A stretch of DNA of 63,563 nt, filler included, from Thraustochytrium aureum (Eukaryota): assembly GCA_012862495.1 (NCBI GenBank). It is 6 parts of 2 records of this genome, joined end to end, with 100 filler letters (N's around TTAATTAATTAA, not from the genome) between each part and the next. Parts side by side here need not be neighbours in the genome. Positions count along the whole stretch, not along the records: positions 57,510 to 63,563 come from BLSG01000431.1; 5 more parts are not named here. One strand, given 5' to 3'. This document shows positions 58,634-63,563 of the stretch, in pieces. A program made the translations under genes and the position numbers. The number at the start of each line of letters is the position of its first letter. Position 1 is the first letter of the stretch. Under the pieces are notes generated by a model. That model did not search any database, was not told the origin of the DNA, and worked only from the letters and a program-made list of their open reading frames with translations.

Positions 58634-60564
58634 ATGGAAGGGTCCGAGTCCCGCGGCGTGGACGTGGTCCGCGTACGCAACGCTCTAATCACACACAGCT
58701 TTGTGGCAACGAAGAACGTCGCCGTCTCTGAAGACAACGCGCAGCCGCACACCCGCAGCGACTCGTCCGTGCTCGAGAACGGAGCGAAACGGCGCAGTTC
58801 CGCTCTCGGAGGCCTCCTGAAACGGCGCAGCACCAACCGGGACCGCGACCCGGTGAGCCCGTTCCTGCGGCAAGTGCTGCAGGCGCTCATGGCGTGCTGC
58901 GCCCCACCGAACTGTGCCGCCTCCTCACTTCGCTCGAGACGGCCACGACGCTACGAAATCGAAAAGCCGGTGCCCTCGAGGCAGTGAGCAGCCTCCCGGA
59001 CGTCCTGGACACAGTGGGCGTTCGACGTGGGGCCGACGAGCTCTTCGTCGCCCTCATCTCGAACAGGCTGTCGGGCGTCGAGGAAGACGCACTATTTATT
59101 CTCCGCGCACTGGACGTCCCCGCCAGCACCAAGCGCATATCGTTGCGACGCGCTCAGAGCCTGCAGCGGCTCTCGATCAGCGGCAAACCGCGCGACGAAA
59201 ACAAGCGCAAGAGCAAGACGCGCCAGCCCGCGCAAGCAGAGCGCAGCGACCGCGGGACGTCCCCCGTGTTCTCCCCGCGAAGGAGCTCCATCTCCAAGGA
59301 GGCTGGCTCGTTCGTGGCTGACTCGCTCTCGCGCGCGCCGTCATCCTCGGTCAAGCTCGCGGTACTCAAGGTGCTACCGATCTGGAGCGACCTGCGCATC
59401 TCGCTCAAGGGTCGCGGCCTCGTCCGACTGAACAGCTCCGGCGAGTCGGTGCGCATCGGCACCGTCTCGGTGGTGAGCATGTGGCGCCTCGTGACCGCCC
59501 TGACGCGCGCGCGAGCGATCGCCAAAACCAACAATCTGTTCCCGCAGGGCCCGTCGCACAAGTGGGTGTCCCTGTATCAAGAACAGCTCGTCGAGGGCCT
59601 GTCGGGCGACCCGGCCGCCGGCGCGGGCAGCCTTGCGAGCTCGCGCCGCGCCCTCGCGGACATCGACGCGCAGGCTGTGCAGGTGTCGGGCCCGCCGGCC
59701 AAGGAAGTGCGCAGCGAAACGGACGGCCCTGTTGAGAACGTGGACGGGAGCGACGAAGACGACTACTACGATGACGAGAGCAGCACGGGGAGCGACTTTG
59801 GCTCCTCGACGAGCTGCTCGGTCCTCACGCAGACGTCTGGGCGAGTCAAGTCGCACAGGGGCGGCGAGGCGAGCAGCACCCGCAAGGTGCAGGTAAGTCA
59901 AGAAGAAGGCGGCAAGCACATCTCGGACAAGAGCCGCCAACGCTTGGAGCGCCAGATCGTGGACGAGATCCGCACAATCATCCAAAATACGCTCAACCTG
60001 GACGACCTGACCACCGCGGAGGTGATCCGCTCGCTCGAGAAAACGTTCGGCAAGGAGACCATGTCGCAGTTCAAGAAGGCGTTCATCGACGAGAAGATCA
60101 TCCAGATCTACGGCCAGCAAGACCCGCCGTCGAGGATCGAGGACTGGCTGTACCTCGGAACGGAGTACAACGCGTCCAACTTGACGGAGCTGGACCAGCT
60201 GGGCATCACGGAGATAGTCAACGTGACCCTGGAGATCAAGGACTTTTACCCGGGCTTGCTCGACTACTACCGCGTCGCCGTCAAGGACCGCGAGTCGGCC
60301 GACCTGTTTTCCCACCTGGACGCGGTCTGCTCGCACATGGCCCAACTGGAGAAGGCCGGCAAGCGAGTGCTCGTGCACTGCCAGCGCGGCATTAGCCGCT
60401 CCGCCACGGTGGTGATCGCGTACCTCATGCACCGCGATCGGCTTTCGCATGCAGCTGCGATGGCGCTCGTGAAGAAGCGCAGGTCGATCATCAAGCCGAA
60501 CAAGGGTTTCGCCAAGCAGCTCGACCGCTTCGAGAAGGCGACGAGCCTTGGCGCGGATTCGTGA
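58634..60564 (+). CDS. SSH: Slingshot-like dual-specificity phosphatase (SSH-N + DEK_C + DSP); apparent frameshift ~58891
   Basis: SSH-N-like blocks HSFVATKNVAV, QVLQALM/LRPTELCRL, VLPIWSD and VSVVSMW..NNLFP..WVSLY. DEK_C-like ERQIVDEIRTII..LDDLT..EVIRSLE..FIDEKII. DSP: GQQDPPSRIEDWLYLGTEYNASNL..NVTLEI..VLVHCQRGISRSATVVIAYLM..IKPNKGF. Confidence 0.85.
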
Positions 60565-60814
60565 GGCGAGCGAGGAGGCTCTGCGACGGCGGGGGCGCCC
60601 GGTGCTGGCTGGACCACTTGCGACTGGACTGCCGCGGTGCGGGTCTTTTGGCGCCCGTGCCGAGGGCGAGCTCGTCAGGGTTGTGGTGGCAGGATGAATA
60701 AAATGATCAGATTACGAACCGATTGCTTTTGTGTGCTCAGCGCCACTGGGCGCATGCTGCGCGATGTCGATATCGTGGGGAGCTCTGCCGCGCGCCGCGG
60801 CTTCACCAACATGC

Positions 60815-61404
60815 CTACTGCAGGCCCTGCAGCCTCCTGCACAACTCTTGCAAGGCCTCGATGCGCTCGCGCTGCTCCTCGATGATCTGCTCCACATCCG
60901 AGACCTGTTTTTTGGTCGTTCCAAGCTCTTCCTTGGTCATGCCACGGGGCTTTGGTTTCGGTTTTGGCCCGGCCTTGTCTTTCGCCCCGGCCTGCGGGCA
61001 CACTTGCGCCGACGGTGCTGGCGAGTCCTCGTCGATCGCCACGCCTTTCGCATCCTCGGCCAGCGCCTTGCTTGGGGCGCCGGCAGCGGTGCGCGACGAG
61101 CAGCCCTGATCTTGCGGGTGAGCGCCCTCCTCCCCGTGCCGTTTCGGCGGCGCCTGGGGTTGCTGAGGGGACCGCCGCGGTCCGTGGCCCTGCTTCCGCA
61201 ACCTTGGGTTGCGTGTGGTGCTCGCATTTCTTCGAATCTTCAGCGCCGTCTATTGCCACAGCTCTTGGCGTCATCGATTCGCTGTTCTGCTCGTCCGCGA
61301 CCACCTCGCCAGGTCCCGCGCCCCCTCACCCGCTTCCTCTGCGGCCCTATTTCATGCTGCAGCCTCACGGCGCCGCCCACGCCCACCACTTGCATCGTCG
61401 CCAT
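60815..61404 (-). CDS. Small low-complexity protein with a C-terminal coiled coil (fragmented, hypothetical)
   Basis: C-terminal KKQVSDVEQIIEEQRERIEALQELCRRLQGLQ-stop; the upstream frames are broken. Confidence 0.4.
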
Positions 61405-61433
61405 GCCCTTGTGCTGCGCCGGGACGGGAGGAC

Positions 61434-61543
61434 GCTCGCAGGCAGGCTCGCAGGCTCGCAGGCAGGCTCGCAGGCAGGCTCGCAGGCGGACAGGCTCGCA
61501 GGCGGGCGGACAGGCTGGCGGGCGGGCGGGCGGGCGGGCGGGC
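61434..61543. repeat. (GCTCGCAG/GCAG) and (GGGC)n simple repeats
   Basis: Read directly. Confidence 0.85.
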
Positions 61544-62655
61544 ACGACCTCGAGCCTCGCGGATCTTTTCGACCGATCCGACNNNNNNNNNNNNNNNNNN
61601 NNNNNNNNNNNNNNNNNNNNNNNNNNNNNNNNNNNNNNNNNNNNNNNNNNNNNNNNNNNNNNNNNNNNNNNNNNNNNNNNNNNNNNNNNNNNNNNNNNNN
61701 NNNNNNNNNNNNNNNNNNNNNNNNNNNNNNNNNNNNNNNNNNNNNNNNNNNNNNNNNNNNNNNNNNNNNNNNNNNNNNNNNNNNNNNNNNNNNNNNNNNN
61801 NNNNNNNNNNNNNNNNNNNNNNNNNNNNNNNNNNNNNNNNNNNNNNNNNNNNNNNNNNNNNNNNNNNNNNNNNNNNNNNNNNNNNNNNNNNNNNNNNNNN
61901 NNNNNNNNNNNNNNNNNNNNNNNNNNNNNNNNNNNNNNNNNNNNNNNNNNNNNNNNNNNNNNNNNNNNNNNNNNNNNNNNNNNNNNNNNNNNNNNNNNNN
62001 NNNNNNNNNNNNNNNNNNNNNNNNNNNNNNNNNNNNNNNNNNNNNNNNNNNNNNNNNNNNNNNNNNNNNNNNNNNNNNNNNNGCGGAGAGCTCGGGAGGC
62101 GTGCGCATTCGAGCGAGGCATGTCGTCGTCGATGCCAATGCCCGCCTCGATCGCCGAGCGCGAGTCGGATCGCTGGCTCGCACGCTCGCGTGCGGCGCGG
62201 CGGCATCGATGCCGAGTTGCGCGTCAACCGTCAGCATAGCTGCGAGCCTGCCTGTCCATCCGGCCTGGCTCGAGCGCGTCGAGCGCGGCGCTTGGCACCT
62301 CGAGCGCGGCGTTTGGCACATCGATCGCGGCGTAAGCGCCTCGCCGCGAGGCTCTCCGCGTCCGCGGCCGGCTCGCCCTGCTCGTCCATCGCCAGCCAGG
62401 AGCGGGACGTCCTGCCTGCCTGGTCCGTCGGCTGGCGGCGTGGCGGTGAGCTCAGTTTGTTCGTTGGGGTGAGTGGACAAGACGGACGCGCACAAGACCA
62501 CGCAGACCTGCATGCGTGCGTGCGTGCGTCCATCCATCTGTGCAGCAGTCGCGCAAGGGGCTGTTGATTGGCGGCCGTCGAGCAGCAGGCAGGCAGGCAG
62601 GGAGGCAGGGAGGTAGCGTAGGGGCCAGGGAGCTGCAGGTGGCGTGAAAGGCGGT

Positions 62656-63563
62656 ATGGAGAGCCTGGCCAAGACGGCGCTGGCCCTCGGCGCCCTGGGG
62701 CTGCTGGTGGCTGTGCATGCGAAAGCGTGCGATGAGCGAGCGCAGGCGAAGAAGGCGGAGGAACGCAAGGCGAGTGCTGCCGCGGCGAAACGCTTGGAAG
62801 GGAGGAAGGAGCTGGACAAGGATGATTTGATGAATGTCGAGCGGAATAGCGTTACGGTGCAGGTGCCGGCGACGAGCGCCAATCTGGGGTCCGGGTACGA
62901 CTCGATTGGGATGGCGCTCGATATGTGGAATGAGCTGACCGTGGAACGCGCGGACAAGTTTAGCATCACGGTCGAGGGCGAGGGCGCCGAGGAGATCCCC
63001 TTGGACGACTCGAACCTCGTCGTCGTGGGCGTCCAAGCGGCGTTCCGAGCGGCCAACAAGCCGGTGCCAACGCTACGGTACCACCTGAAGCAGCGCATCC
63101 CGCACGGGCGCGGGCTCGGCTCGAGCTCGGCCGCCATCGTGGCCGGCATCCTCGCCGGGCTCGTGATCGCTGGCCACAAGCTCGACGTGCAAGGCAAAGA
63201 GGCGCTGCTGCAGCTTGCGACCGAGATCGAGGGCCACCCGGACAACGTGGCGCCTGCGATCTACGGCGGGGTGCAGATTGGCGTGTTCGACTCGCTGCAA
63301 AAGAGGTGGAGCACCGAGCGCGTCTCGCTCCCGCACGGCCTCGTGTTTGTCATGTTCATCCCGAGCTTTGTCGGCAAAACTTCAGAGCTTCGCAAGGTTG
63401 TGCCCAAGCAGGTCTCGCTCGAGGACGCCGTCTTCAACATGGGCCGGATCGCCTGGCTCGTGCTCGCGCTCTCCTCGGGGCAAGGTGGAAAACCTCCGCG
63501 CTGGCCTCGAGGACCGCCTCCACCAGCCGCAGCGCGGCGCAGCCGTGTACAAGCACCTCTATC
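62656..63563 (+). CDS. thrB: Homoserine kinase (GHMP family) with a hydrophobic N-terminal extension; runs off the window; apparent frameshift ~63480
   Basis: Not in the ORF track because it has no stop. Translated by hand from ATG 62656: VQVPATSANLGSGYDSIGMAL, IPHGRGLGSSSAAIVAG, EGHPDNVAPAIYGG, DAVFN, then EDRLHQPQR after the shift. Confidence 0.95.
   Translation, partial: MESLAKTALALGALGLLVAVHAKACDERAQAKKAEERKASAAAAKRLEGRKELDKDDLMNVERNSVTVQVPATSANLGSGYDSIGMALDMWNELTVERADKFSITVEGEGAEEIPLDDSNLVVVGVQAAFRAANKPVPTLRYHLKQRIPHGRGLGSSSAAIVAGILAGLVIAGHKLDVQGKEALLQLATEIEGHPDNVAPAIYGGVQIGVFDSLQKRWSTERVSLPHGLVFVMFIPSFVGKTSELRKVVPKQVSLEDAVFNMGRIAWLVLALSSGQGGKPPRWPRGPPPPAAARRSRVQAPL

Noticed and set aside
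1297..61365. Long antisense and overlapping ORFs in the track, and ORFs running through N-runs
   Set aside because: They are shadows of real GC3-rich genes or artefacts of Ns containing no stop codons.
2830..63480. Frequent frameshifts as pseudogenisation or programmed frameshifting
   Set aside because: They hit essential housekeeping genes (AcnB, V-ATPase H, MCAT, NDUFAF7, thrB) and lie mostly in short homopolymers, while the motifs stay intact. This is typical of pyrosequencing-type indel errors.
1..63563. tRNA, rRNA, CRISPR arrays or intact mobile elements
   Set aside because: None recognised by eye. tRNAscan-SE, Infernal and RepeatMasker were not run.

Overview
GC-rich, gene-dense, intron-poor eukaryotic draft sequence. 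It is probably a stramenopile such as a thraustochytrid or other labyrinthulomycete; this is inferred from gene style and microsatellite-rich intergenic DNA, not proven. The window is not one locus: five artificial 100-nt spacers (44 N + TTAATTAATTAA + 44 N) join six scaffolds (1-20005, 20106-24179, 24280-38812, 38913-49953, 50054-57409, 57510-63563). Many genes carry single-base indels in homopolymer runs that look like sequencing errors. Recognisable genes are: bacterial-type aconitase AcnB with a mitochondrial-like presequence, a C2H2 zinc-finger/polyQ protein, an RGG+dsRBD protein, an SV2/SVOP-like MFS transporter, an FG-GAP-like membrane protein, a DUF6729-like (Dada-transposase-like) Zn-ribbon protein, a DUF6544-like protein, V-ATPase subunit H, NADH-cytochrome b5 reductase, malonyl-CoA:ACP transacylase, a double-hotdog acyl-CoA thioesterase, SMG1, a Pif1 helicase, an Sfi1-like repeat protein, a YqkD-like hydrolase, an Smr-domain protein, NDUFAF7, a Slingshot-type phosphatase and homoserine kinase. 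Four observations stand out: (1) a Pif1 helicase apparently fused to an RNase H1-type RNA:DNA hybrid-binding domain and an RFC1/LigA-type BRCT domain; (2) a full-architecture Slingshot phosphatase in an apparently non-holozoan genome; (3) an Smr nuclease with tandem MIU-like ubiquitin-binding motifs; (4) nine same-strand TGACG sites in the divergent promoter between two lipid-metabolism genes. All family calls come from motif recognition by eye; no searches were run.
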